Shown in pieces: positions 52,021 to 63,546 of a DNA stretch of 64,000 nucleotides. The notes under the pieces are model-generated. The model did not search any database. It was not told the origin of the DNA and worked only from the letters and a program-made list of their open reading frames with translations. Location: NCBI GenBank assembly GCA_043228905.1, contig JBHGNT010000007.1, positions 3,844,001-3,908,000 on the forward strand. The letters run 5' to 3'. A program made the translations under genes and the position numbers. Within the stretch, counting starts at the first letter, position 1, and every line of letters starts with the position of its first letter. This DNA comes from Azolla caroliniana. Lineage: Eukaryota; Plantae; Polypodiophyta.

Positions 52021-55000
52021 TGTAAAAAGTAGCGTGCGGAAGCAAGTATTAAGACCGAACAGAAGGGAGGAAACTCAGGTTTAATGGAGAGCTTGAGCTT
52101 ACACGGTATACACAGGAGAGACAGAGAGAAAACACAAAAAATATATTCAACAATAATACTCAGTCTGTACATAAGACGTGCTCAGTGAGCACTTTTATAC
52201 AAGTCCTAGAAGGACTGACCGAAGTACTGACAGTACTTCAAGGCTCATTAAGAGCTCCTACACTAACTCCCAAATATATTCCTCACGGAATATCTTTCCT
52301 AACGGCCTCCCGGTTTATGTACTCGGCCTAACCGATCGGTCCCAACCGATCCGGTCCTCGGCTTCTTCAGCCGATCCGGCCGATGTTGAGCTTGTCTCTC
52401 AACACTCCCCCTCAAGCTCAACTTGAGGCTCTTCGGGATCTTCACAGCACCGGTTCCTCCTGGCTTCTCGGCTCGCTTGCGCTCCTCGACCTGTTCGACT
52501 ACGCGCGCTTCGACCCTTCCGGTTGGCTTGTCTGCTCATGCGGCCCTTATCAGCTCTTCTGTTGTTGCGGTGTTGACGCTTCTCCTGCTGCCTTTTCTTC
52601 CGCTTGGGCCTCGGTTGATTCAACGTGTTTGAATCAAACATCCGAACCGACTCGGCTACCTCCGATCGGTTTTCGCTCTCGTCCGAGTTGGCTGTCTCCA
52701 ACTCGTCTTCGGTCTTCTCGCACTCGATGGCGTCATCTTCCTCATGCGTGGTTGGCTTCGGCTCTCTCCTTCGGTTGCTCCCCTTCTGTCTGTTTCCGAA
52801 CTTTTCCGCGGGTCCGCCCTCGGCTTCTTCAGCCGATCCGATGTCGAACTTGTCAACCGACTCGGTGTCGCGGTCTCCGCTCCTTTCCTGCTGCCTTGCT
52901 TGGTCGTTCGGGACTATTCTCCCCCTCAAGTTCGGCACATCGAGGTGACGCAACCCGAGCGCACCTGAGAATTGCCGCAACTTGTCCAGACCGAGAGGCT
53001 TGGTTAAGATGTCGGCAGTCTGCCGATTCGTCGGAACGTACTGAAGTTCGACTTCACCGGAAAGGACACGCTCACAGACGAAGTGGTAGTGCACCTCAAT
53101 GTGCTTGGTCCGTGCGTGGAAAACGGGGTTTTTCGCGAGTTGGATGCTGCTGAGGTTGTCGCAGTAGATCGTCGTTGGATCTGACACCTCCTCTTGCAGG
53201 TTCGTAAGTAGCCGCTTCAACCATATGGCTTCGCATGTCGCGACAACCGCTCCTCGGTACTTAGCTTCGGTGCTCGACAGTGCAACTGTCGGCTGCTTCT
53301 TACTGCTCCACGCGATCGCGGCACTCCCGAGGGAGAACGCGTATCCAGATGTGGATCGGCGATCGGCGGCGTTGCCGGCCCAATTAGCATCGGTGTAGCC
53401 GACTAACTGCGCGGCTGCACCGGTCCGATATAGCAGTCCGCGGTCCTTAGTGCCGCTTACGTACCGAAGTACGCGTTGCGCACACTGAAGGTGCTCCTTG
53501 ATAGGTCGCGCCATGAACTGACTGATCACCCCGACCGGATAACTGAGGTCGGGTCGGGTGATGGTCAAGTATATGAGGCTTTCGACAATTTGTCGGAACC
53601 TCGTCGGGTCGCATTCCTTTCCCGTATAGGGATGAAGCTTGACGGTTCTGTCCAGAGGAGTCGAGACGGACTTACAGTCGGCCATCCCGAGTTTGAAGAG
53701 CATACTCAGCACGTAATGACGACTGATCAATATGCCTTCGGGGGTACGGATCACTTCGATCCCGAGGAAGTAATGAAGGTCCCCCAGATCCTTCATGTCG
53801 AACGATGCCGCAAACTGGAGCTTCACGCGGTTGATTTCACCTAGGTCGGCGCCGGTGATGACCAAGTCATCAACATACAGTAAAATACTAACCGGTCCGA
53901 GTCGACCTTTCCGGATGAACAGGGAAGAGTCCGATTTTGACGTGACGAAGCCCATCTGACGCAGTTGTTGCGTGATCTTCGCGTTCCAGGCACGCGAGGC
54001 TTGCTTCAGTCCGTAAAGGGACTTTTTCAGTCGGCATACTGCCGAGGAGTTCGTTCCGAAGTGAAATCCGGGGGGCTGTACCATGTACACCTGTTCCTCA
54101 AGGTCACCTTGTAGGAACGCATTCTGTACATCCATCTGATGTAAGTGCCACCCCTTGGCCGCGGCTACCGCGAGCAAAACATGGACGGTCGTCATTTTCG
54201 CGACCGACGCAAACGTCTCATCGTAGTCGATGCCATGTTTCTGCGCGTAGCCCTTTGCCACCAGCCGAGCCTTGTACCGGTTGACTGAGCCATCGGTGTT
54301 GTACTTGACCTTGTACACCCACCTACACCCGATCGGCTTCACACCCTTCAGTGTGTCAACCAGGTCCCAGGTCTCGTTCTCCGCCAATGCGTGCATCTCT
54401 TCCTCCATCGCGGCACGCCAATTCGCGTCTTTAGCCGCTTCCGCGTAGCTCTCCGGCTCACGCACTTCCGCAACACGGGTCATGTACGCATAATGATGCG
54501 CCATGTACTCGTTGTATCCGAACCGCACAACTGGGTTCTTTTGGCGGGTAGATCGGCGTAATCTCACATCAGCCGATGTCGAGGCCTTCTCGGCCGACAC
54601 GGTCTTCATCTTTAAAGACCTGTCACCGGTTCCCTCGGAGTCGGACTTGCGTCGGTCTGACTCGTTCCTTTCCGTGCCGGAATCCGACACCTTCTTCTTC
54701 CCTTTCTCTTTGCGCGTAAACCGTCTCCTCGGCTTCCTGCGTGGGGAATGCACGACCGAGTCTCCACTACTCGCCGACTTTTCATCGGACTGGTCGTACC
54801 AACTCAGTCGTCCAATTGGTCCACTTAACCGGAGTGAAATCGGACTCTCTTCGTGGGTCTCGATTTCGGGCTCATCCGGAGGCATGTCGGCCTCGCTGAC
54901 CTCATCGTCAGAGCTCGGATTGGAGTCGAGGTTCGTAGTCGGGGGCAGGTACCAGGACGCGGACTCGTCAAACACAATGTCGCGGCTGACACGCGCTTGT

Positions 55001-57654
55001 TTGGTGCGAGGGTTATAACACTTATAACCCTTCTGCTCGTCCGAGTAACCGACCAAGATGCACTTCTCGGCCTTTGCGTCCTGCTTCCTCCTTTTCTCCT
55101 TCGGTACATGCACATACGCAATGCTACCGAATACCCTCAAGTGTCGCAAGTTCGGCTTCGTTCCGAAATATAGCTCGTGCGCCGACACTTTGTCTCCGAT
55201 CCGGTTTTGGATGTATACCGCGGTCCTTACCGCCTCGGCCCAGTAGAACTTGGGCAAGCTCTTCTCCTCCAGCATTGCCCGTGCCGCTTCCACAACTGAC
55301 CGATTCTTTTTCTCGGCCACGCCGTTCTGCTCTGGCGTGTATCTACAACTGAACTCGCGGCGAATTCCCATTTGTTGTAGATAACCGTTGAATTGACCGG
55401 AAAAGTACTCTTTTCCGCCATCCGACCGCAGGCACTTGATCTTTCGTCCCGTTTCGGCTTCCACGAACCCTTTGAGGTCCCGGAAACAGTCGAAGACTTC
55501 GCTCTTCCTCTCAATGAGGTAGATCCACGTGTGCCGCGTGTGGTCGTCGATGAAGGAGACGAAATATTGGCTCCTGCCAAGACTAACATTTTGTGCCGGC
55601 CCCCATACATCGGAGTGTATAAGGTCGAGCTTGTTCCGGCTCCAGTTTCGCTCGTTGGGGAAAGGAAGTCGGTGTTGCTTTCCGAGCTGGCAGGCTTCAC
55701 AAATTTGTGCCTTTCGGCCACTAAATTTGGGCAATCCAAATACTACCTGTTTCGATTGCAGATCTTGAAGCCGTTGGTGGTTGACGTGGCCTATCCGCTT
55801 GTGCCACAAGTCGATGTCCGACTCGGTCTTTTGTCCCTTCGCGAACATTGCGGTGCCGCCGTCAGTGGAGTCGAGGATGAACATCCTCCCGTCTCTGCGC
55901 CCTTGCGCAATCACACAGCCTTCTTCCTCAATGAAGCACCCGAGGTGTGTAAACCGCACCTCCATCCCTTGGTCGACGATCTGTCCGACCGAGACCAAGT
56001 TCTTCGTGATTGTCGGAACGTGCAACACGTTCATGAGTTTCCCTTTCTGCCCGACATGGCTAAGGGGAACTTCTCCGACATTCGCGATCGGATGCGGAGT
56101 GTCGTTTCCTGTTGCGACTACTCCCGGTTGTATCGGTTTTTCAAGGTACGAGAACCACTCCTTATGGCTCGTCATGTGGTTTGACGTGCCGGAGACTACG
56201 TACCACACCTCGTCCGATCTCGGGGTGCTCTGTTTCATTGAGTTTGCTTCGTGTCTCGTCATGAAGACAGACCCTTCTCCAGCTCTCCTGGAGTCTTCGG
56301 TGTAGTGCGATTGCTGCCGATTTCCCTTGTCGGTATTTCTGGAGCCATTTCTCTCCGAATCGGCGTGCTTCTTCCAACACTCACTTTCCTTGTGGCCTTT
56401 CTTGCCACAGTACCAGCACTCCGCGATGGCCTTCCCTTGCCGGTTCTCATCGCTTCGACTCCCCCTGTTTCCGGAGGGTCTGGAGTTGCTGTCGGCATCA
56501 CTTCGGTGCCATCTTCCTTGATCTCGTCGGCCGCTTCCATTGCATACCGAATCGCCTCGTTCGCCATGACCACGGGGCCTTTCTCCCTCCATGTACAACA
56601 TCTTGCTGTCGGTGTGCGTGCTTGTCGACGCACCCGCGTGGTTCTCCTCTACCAGGAGCATCGACTGTAAGTCGAAAAAGGACAACGTATTCTCCCGGGT
56701 ACACACAGCCGTTCGAAACGCTCCGAACTTCGACGCCAAACCTCCGAGACCGATCTGGACCATCTCGCTCTCCTCGATGGTCACCTCTATGGAGGCGAGG
56801 GAGTCACAGATATCCTTGATCTTCGAGGTATAGTCCGCCACCGACAAGTCGCGTTGTCGTAGGTTGCTCAACTCCTGTCGAAGCTGAAGCTTCCTGGCTG
56901 TGGTGCTCGTGGTGAAAATCTTCTTCAGATTTTCCCACGCACCCTTCGGCGTCTTTGCATCCCGAACATAGCTCAATAGCTGTTCGCCCACACACGATGC
57001 GAAGCAGTATAGTACCCTGCTCGCCGATTGCTCCCACGACGGGAAGTCTCTGTGTGTCGATTCGGGTGCCGCGTCATTAGCTCCTTCGACATAACTCCAG
57101 TAGCCGTGCCCGAGCAGGTACTGGTGCATCTTGTAGGACCAAGACTTGGTTCTGTCGAGCTTCTCTATTGGAAGCGAGCTCGCCATGCCTCTATCCATTG
57201 TTCTTCTTGTTCTTCTTCGTCAAGATGTGTCGGCTGCAGAGAGGTTCTCAACCCTCGCGCTCTGATACCATGTAAAAAGTAGCGTGCGGAAGCAAGTATT
57301 AAGACCGAACAGAAGGGAGGAAACTCAGGTTTAATGGAGAGCTTGAGCTTACACGGTATACATAGGAGAGACAGAGAGAAAACACAAAAAATATATTCAA
57401 CAATAATACTCAGTCTGTACATAAGACGTGCTCAGTGAGCACTTTTATACAAGTCCTAGAAGGACTGACCGAAGTACTGACAGTACTTCAAGGCTCATTA
57501 AGAGCTCCTACACTAACTCCCAAATATATTCCTCACGGAATATCTTTCCTAACGGCCTCCCGGTTTATGTACTCGGCCTAACCGATCGGTCCCAACCGAT
57601 CCGGTCCTCGGCTTCTTCAGCCGATCCGGCCGATGTTGAGCTTGTCTCTCAACA
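52021..57654 (-). mobile_element. Young full-length copia A (LTRs 52021-52404 and 57271-57654)
   Basis: TSD ATTGA/ATTGA; 384-bp LTRs with one visible mismatch; tRNA-iMet PBS 57259-57270; PPT next to the 3' LTR. Confidence 0.97.
52399..57198 (-). CDS. Ty1/copia gag-pol polyprotein, 1599 aa (gag, CCHC, PR, IN, RT, RH, charged C-terminal tail)
   Basis: CWYCGKKGHKESEC; WHKRIGH..CEAC; SDVWGP/SDGG/VAE; LYVDD; IYCDN; uninterrupted frame, but catalytic substitutions in PR and RH. Confidence 0.95.
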   Translation of the reverse strand: MDRGMASSLPIEKLDRTKSWSYKMHQYLLGHGYWSYVEGANDAAPESTHRDFPSWEQSASRVLYCFASCVGEQLLSYVRDAKTPKGAWENLKKIFTTSTTARKLQLRQELSNLRQRDLSVADYTSKIKDICDSLASIEVTIEESEMVQIGLGGLASKFGAFRTAVCTRENTLSFFDLQSMLLVEENHAGASTSTHTDSKMLYMEGERPRGHGERGDSVCNGSGRRDQGRWHRSDADSNSRPSGNRGSRSDENRQGKAIAECWYCGKKGHKESECWKKHADSERNGSRNTDKGNRQQSHYTEDSRRAGEGSVFMTRHEANSMKQSTPRSDEVWYVVSGTSNHMTSHKEWFSYLEKPIQPGVVATGNDTPHPIANVGEVPLSHVGQKGKLMNVLHVPTITKNLVSVGQIVDQGMEVRFTHLGCFIEEEGCVIAQGRRDGRMFILDSTDGGTAMFAKGQKTESDIDLWHKRIGHVNHQRLQDLQSKQVVFGLPKFSGRKAQICEACQLGKQHRLPFPNERNWSRNKLDLIHSDVWGPAQNVSLGRSQYFVSFIDDHTRHTWIYLIERKSEVFDCFRDLKGFVEAETGRKIKCLRSDGGKEYFSGQFNGYLQQMGIRREFSCRYTPEQNGVAEKKNRSVVEAARAMLEEKSLPKFYWAEAVRTAVYIQNRIGDKVSAHELYFGTKPNLRHLRVFGSIAYVHVPKEKRRKQDAKAEKCILVGYSDEQKGYKCYNPRTKQARVSRDIVFDESASWYLPPTTNLDSNPSSDDEVSEADMPPDEPEIETHEESPISLRLSGPIGRLSWYDQSDEKSASSGDSVVHSPRRKPRRRFTRKEKGKKKVSDSGTERNESDRRKSDSEGTGDRSLKMKTVSAEKASTSADVRLRRSTRQKNPVVRFGYNEYMAHHYAYMTRVAEVREPESYAEAAKDANWRAAMEEEMHALAENETWDLVDTLKGVKPIGCRWVYKVKYNTDGSVNRYKARLVAKGYAQKHGIDYDETFASVAKMTTVHVLLAVAAAKGWHLHQMDVQNAFLQGDLEEQVYMVQPPGFHFGTNSSAVCRLKKSLYGLKQASRAWNAKITQQLRQMGFVTSKSDSSLFIRKGRLGPVSILLYVDDLVITGADLGEINRVKLQFAASFDMKDLGDLHYFLGIEVIRTPEGILISRHYVLSMLFKLGMADCKSVSTPLDRTVKLHPYTGKECDPTRFRQIVESLIYLTITRPDLSYPVGVISQFMARPIKEHLQCAQRVLRYVSGTKDRGLLYRTGAAAQLVGYTDANWAGNAADRRSTSGYAFSLGSAAIAWSSKKQPTVALSSTEAKYRGAVVATCEAIWLKRLLTNLQEEVSDPTTIYCDNLSSIQLAKNPVFHARTKHIEVHYHFVCERVLSGEVELQYVPTNRQTADILTKPLGLDKLRQFSGALGLRHLDVPNLRGRIVPNDQARQQERSGDRDTESVDKFDIGSAEEAEGGPAEKFGNRQKGSNRRREPKPTTHEEDDAIECEKTEDELETANSDESENRSEVAESVRMFDSNTLNQPRPKRKKRQQEKRQHRNNRRADKGRMSRQANRKGRSARSRTGRGAQASREARRNRCCEDPEEPQVELEGEC

Positions 57655-58651
57655 ATTGATGTCTGCTTCGGTTGGTATCCCGGTTCAGACGATCTCAGGT
57701 GTTCGCTTCGGTTCGTACCCAGTTCGGATGGTATCCGGTTTTCGCTTGTACTCCCCCTCAAGCTTGGCAAGTTAGGGATCGTCAATTCAAGGTCTGACAT
57801 GAATTGCCGAAGCTTCTCGGTTCCTAGGGCCTTGGTGAAGATGTCAGTTGTCTGAAGATTCGTGTTGATGTGTAGAACATCGACATCTCCGGCCTAAACA
57901 CGCTCTCGAATGAAGTGGTAGTGCACTTCTATATGCTTTCTGTTGCTTCTTACTACTCCAAGATATTGCTCCGCTACTAAGCGAGAAGACAAATCCGGAG
58001 GTCGATCGTCGATCAACTTTGTAACCGGCCCACTCGTCATCCGTGTACCCTTCGAGTCGAATTGGTTTGGCCGATGTGTAGAGGATGTCGTAATCCATTG
58101 TGCCACGCACGTATCGTAATACTCGCTTAGCACAATCAAAATGGATATCTCGTGGAGTTTGCATGAATTGGCTAAGGAGGCCGACCAGATAGTTGAGGTC
58201 AGGTCGAGTGATCGTGAGATAGATGAGGCTCCCAATTAGTTGTCGATATTGGGTCGGCTCGCACTCGTCTGTGCTGGAGTCGGGATCTAGTTTGAGGTTT
58301 CAATCGAGAGGGGTTGCCACAGATTTGCACTCTATCATCCCGAACTTGTATAATAAGTTGAGAATGTAGTGTCGTTGAGAGATCATAATGCCGATCGGAA
58401 TTCGAATTACTTCGATGCCTAGGAAGTAATGAAGTTCCTTCATGCCCGTCATCTTTAATTTGTTGAAGAGGAGGGATTTCACCTTGTTGATGTCGACTAA
58501 ACTTTCTCCTCCAATGACTAGATCATCCACGTATAGGATGATGACAATCGAGCTTCTAGAGTCGTTTCGTATGTAGAGGGAGTTGTCGGATTTCGACATT
58601 TGAAAGCCGATTTGATGAAGATATTGCATAATCTTCGAATGCCAAGCACGC

Positions 58652-59293
58652 TGTCGTGAAGATTTCCAGCTATACTGTGAAACCGGGGTGGAATGGGCAA
58701 GTCGGTGGTGTGCAACATGTGCACATGTATAGTAGGAAACGATGTATAGAATAAGGGGGAGTATTTTATCCCACATTGTAACGCCCTCCTCTCCTTGGTC
58801 TATAAAAGGAGGGAGGGGTTCCTTGTTAAAGGGTTGCCCATTTTGAGTCGTAAGGGTATACCATTTTGTAGAGGGTCTTTCTTTTGTTAAAGGTTTCTAG
58901 GGTTAGCAACTTCCTGTTTTCTTTTCTTCTTCTTCTCCTTCTTGAGAAGTCGGGCGCCGTAGCTATGGCAACAAAGTTGTTAGGTTAACTTCTCTTCTTC
59001 TGAGTGTAGCGAGCTCGAAGCCATGGTTGTATCTCTTCCCTTATTATGTATATAATCGTATCTGTTTGTGCATATTGGTGTATTCGGTGGTGTCGGGAGC
59101 ACAACCCTTTCTTGTTTCCTGTTTGTATACGAGTCGGTGTCGCGCACATGCTCTCTCTCTCTTCTCTCTCTCCCTCTCGTGTTCGATTATCTCCGGGTCG
59201 TGTCCGGAGTCGGTTTTCCCGGCATCCCTTTCTCCCTCATCTGAGACCCCCGTGGTCCGCCCTTTCGACACGCACGCGCATAATAACACGACA
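58652..59293 (+). mobile_element. Solo LTR (642 bp), gypsy TGTCG..CGACA group
   Basis: TGTCGTGAAGATTTCC...AACACGACA; TSD ACGC/ATGC within copia RT (LKQAP|RAWH). Confidence 0.9.
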
Positions 59294-62200
59294 ATGCGGT
59301 GCTTGCTTGAGGCCGTAGAGAGGCTTCTTGAGTTGGCACACGACTTTCGGATGAGTACGCGATCCGAAGTCGGGTGGTTGTACCATGTATACCTCCTCTT
59401 CTAATTCACCTTGAAGAAAGACGTTCTTTACGTCCATCTGATGGAGGTGCCACCCTTTTGCCGCTGCGAGTGCAATTACGGTCCGCATAGTCATCATCTT
59501 TGCCACTGGAGCAAATTTCTCTTCATAGTCGACTCCATGTAATTGTGCGTATCCTTTCTCTACGAGTCAAGCTTTGTAGCAGTTTATGGAGCCATCGACG
59601 TTATACTTCACCTTGTAGATCCATCTGCAATCGATCGCCTTCTTGTGCGGTGAGTGGGGAACCAGATCCCATGTTTCGTTCTTGCAAAGTGCCTGCATCT
59701 CCTCATTCATTGCTTCGACCCATCGCGGGTCCTTCATGGCTTCGGAAAATGTTTTCGGCTCCCGTACTGTTGCTACCTTCATCATAAAGGTGTAATGGTA
59801 CGCCATATAATCGTTGTAGCCGAATCGGCTTACGGGGTTCTTTTCACGGTAGATCGGCGAAGCTTCTCATTTGCGGAGCTTCTTGCTCCATTTGTCCGGA
59901 TGTCAAGGCCTTTGAACTCACTATCGAGGGAGTGAGTCGATTCGTTGCCGTCGAAGTGATTGTCTTCATACTCTGGCATTTTCGCCTTCCCTTTGTCTAG
60001 CTTCGGACTTGGCCGAGATGTGCTTTGATTGCTCGGAGGTTCTTGTGGCCCACTAAGCCTTGTCGTAATCGGGCTTTCTTTGAGCATGCACGTAAGCCGA
60101 TCTTCGACTTCTATCTCTATTTCGGCGGATTTTGGGTCGAGCGGAATCAGAGTCGAAGTTGTCTCTAGTGTGTACTAGGATGTGGACTCATAAAAAACGA
60201 CATCTCGACTTACTCGAGATTTTTGAGTTGAGGGGTTATAGCACTTGTACCCCTTTTGCTCCAGTGAGTATCCTACGAGGATACATTTCTCCGACTTCAG
60301 GTCGAGCTTTTGTTGCTTCTCGTCGGGGATGTGCACATATGCAATGGAGCCGAATATCCGAACATGTGATAGGTTCGTCTTCTTTCCAAAAAACTTCTCG
60401 TGCAGAGTAAGTTCGTGCACACTCGATGTTGTACACCGATTCATGAGGTATATGGTCGTGTTAGCCGCATCTGCCTAGTACGACTTTGGTGGGTGCTTTT
60501 CTTTCATCATGGCCCGTGCTACTTCGAGGATGTGCCGATTCTTTCATTCGGAAACTCTGTTCTGTTGTGGCGTATGTCGACACGAAAACTATCGCCAAAT
60601 TCCTTCTTTCTGTAGAAAAGCCGAAAATTCGTCGGAGAAGTACTCCTTTCCTCCATCCGACCGAAGACATCGTACATGTCGGCCCATGGCTTTCTTGACT
60701 TCATTCTTAGATTTTTGGATGTGTCTGAAGATCCAGGTGTGTCTGGAGAAGTCGTTGATGAAGGCCACGTAGTATCGACATCCGCCGAATGTAGTCGTTT
60801 GAGCCGGTCCCCATACATCGGAATGAATTACATTAAGTACGCCTTTGCTCATGTTCCGCTCCTTTGGAAATGGGTGCCGATGTTGCTTGCCGAATTGGCA
60901 AGCGGCACACACGCCTTCAATCCCTTTCTCCTTGAATGTCGGGAGCCCGATGAGGACTCCTTTCGATTGCATTGCCTTGAGCTTTTGGAGGTTGATATGG
61001 CCAATCCACTTGTGCCATAACTCTATGTCAGAATCGGATTTCATGCCGTTTGCGAACATGGCCGATTTCATCTCGTGCGAGTAGAGAATGAACATTCGGC
61101 CCTCTCTTCATCCACGAGCGATGAGTCAGCCCTCTTTTTCGATGAAGCAACCGCCTTGATTAAATCGTACTTGCATCCCTTGCTCAACAATTTGGCCGAT
61201 GGAGACCAAATTCTTCATAATGGTTGGTACATGCAAGACATTCTTAATAAAATTTTGGTTACCTTCTGTGCCAAATGGGACATTGCCGATATGTCGAATC
61301 GGATGCGTAGTGTCATCTCCAGTTTCGACATAGCTGGGTCGGTCCGACTCTCGAAGTTCTCAGAACCATTCTTGATGAGACGTCATATGGTTTGAGGCAT
61401 TGGAGTCGATGAACCATACGTCTTCTAGAGTAGATGCACTATTCGAAGTAGAAGCCGACATAGAATTTGCTCTATGTCTCATCATGAACATTCTGCCACG
61501 ATCGTCATAGTCAGAGTTGGTGGCGTAATTCGTGAGTTGTCGGCTAATGGAAGCCGACTCACATATCTTCTTACGACACTCTTCTTCGTGGTGACCGATT
61601 TTCCGCAATATCCACATTAAACTGAGTTTTGTCGGCTTAGACCAGAATGGAAGCTCCCCCTTCTTCCGAAGGTTCCTCAATGGCTTCCATCTTGATGCCG
61701 AAATTGGGAGTTGTTTTCGTAGGTCGGACCCCGTCCACCTCGTCCTTGACCAAATCGGCCTCTTCTTGTACGACCACATCCTCTTTCTCCGTTCGAGTGT
61801 GAGTAAAGAATGTGGCCTTCCGAGGCGTTGCTCCTTGTCCGAATGTGGTTTTCTTCGACCAACAACATGGATTGAAGATCAAAGAAAGAGGGAGGATTCT
61901 CCCGTGCTTGTACGATGGTCCTCATCGCGCTGAACCGTGGTGCAAGGCCGTCAAGGCCTATTTGCACCATTTCGTCATCCTCCATGTTGACACTTATCGA
62001 GTCGAGTAAATCACAAAGCTCCTTTAACTCTTGGCGGTTGTGTTGGCGGTGAAAATCTTTTATAGATTCTCCCATGCTTCCTTTGGTGTCTCGGCTTCTA
62101 GAATGTAGCCGAGCATGTGGTCATGGACACATGTCGTCAAGCAATACATCACTCGGCTTGCCGCTTGCTCCCATTTGCATAGTTGGCGTCTTTCGGGTCA

Positions 62201-62963
62201 GTTCGGTTTTCTTGTGCTCCTTTGATGTAACCCCAATAGCCTTGGCTGACAAGGTATTGGTGCATCTTGTACACCCAAAATGCAAAGTTATTTCGACCTA
62301 GCTTCTCGCTAGGGAGAGCACTCCCCATTTGAGTATTCATTGTTGATGAAGATTTCGTCCTTCTTTTCTTTTCCTTCTCTCTCGAATACAATCTATGTAG
62401 TTGTATTATGATAGCGATGGACCAGTTCCTCTCGAACATGAACGTAGAACACAACACACACGGATGGGCTAGATCAAGCTACCAAACCGCTCTGATACCA
62501 TGTAAAAAATCGGGTATGATTCTTGTGCGATGGAAGAGATGTGTATTATGTGTATGTGTGAGAGGAATTAAGGAGAGAAGAGAGAACACAAGATAGATAG
62601 AAAAGGGAATACTCAAGAAGAAGGTTTATATTCACGAGGAGAATAAGAATTACAAAATGTAGCATTACAAGGAGTCACAACCGACTTAGTATGAAGTATG
62701 AGGGTGTTTTATATATAGTCGCCCTCTCTCTTCATTAACTAACTACAACAACCACTCTCTCTTAGAGAATGTGAAGACTCATAGTCATGGGGAATATGTA
62801 ATTCATTAGTTATGTGTTATAGAAAATCATTATATGACACATAGTTAATGTGTAGAGAGTAGTGAGAGAGTAGTGGTGTGACTCTTGATCTTTGAGTAAT
62901 CATAGATTCTCAAAAGGTGTGTTCACATGTTGCACTATGTTTAGCTTGATTCTCAACAAGGAC

Positions 62964-63180
62964 TTACACCTTTGTACCTATATTCTACTCACACATGTGC
63001 TCCTTTGCACATGAGGTGTATATATACCTCATTGTGGGTATTTTTGTATTCGATGATGCTTTTTAATATTGTTAATCATCCCCCATCTTGTCTCGTTGTT
63101 CATAAGTGTTCTTTCTCTCTTCCTATCACACTCTCACATACATACACACACATCACATAATCTTCCGCCGCTTAATCACA
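62964..63180 (+). repeat. Remainder of the 3' LTR of the plus-strand copia remnant split by copia B
   Basis: Follows the AGGAC TSD; TATA-like segment, CT-rich tract and an end TTCCGC..AATCACA resembling other copia LTR ends. Confidence 0.55.
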
Positions 63181-63546
63181 TAATTAGGTACTAATTAACC
63201 CGTACTTAATTACCTTATTATTACCAAAGATATTTTACTCAACTTCTCCACTGTCTAACGTTTTGCTTTCTATTGTTTCTATTACAATTGACATGACATT
63301 GTGCCTTTTTGTTTTTTAATTCTACTTGGCAGGATTAAGATCAATGTCAATAGAGGACTGACATTTTGGTTTGTGAATGTGATAGAATATGTCACTGGAA
63401 AACAAAGGATAAAGGAGCATTCAAACGAGGTTGGGGGTTCAAATCTACTAGTTTATCCAGTAGTTACGCATAAATTACAACATGTCACCACAATAGAATG
63501 TGGACTTGTCAACCCATACTAGATGCCTCAACGATTGATAGTGCGT

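Larger units (their letters stand above)
51529..62958 (-). mobile_element. Older, decayed full-length copia B (LTRs 51529-51979 and 62501-62958), hosting copia A and a solo LTR
   Basis: TSD AGGAC/AGGAC; PBS GCTCTGATACCA at 62489-62500; gag, WFIDSNASNHM, IHSDVWGP, ILYVDD and YTDDEWAG pieces at 57760-62340. Confidence 0.94.

Noticed and set aside
63301-63522. 73-aa ORF as a host gene
   Set aside because: No recognisable domain; may be an exon remnant but cannot be supported from sequence alone.
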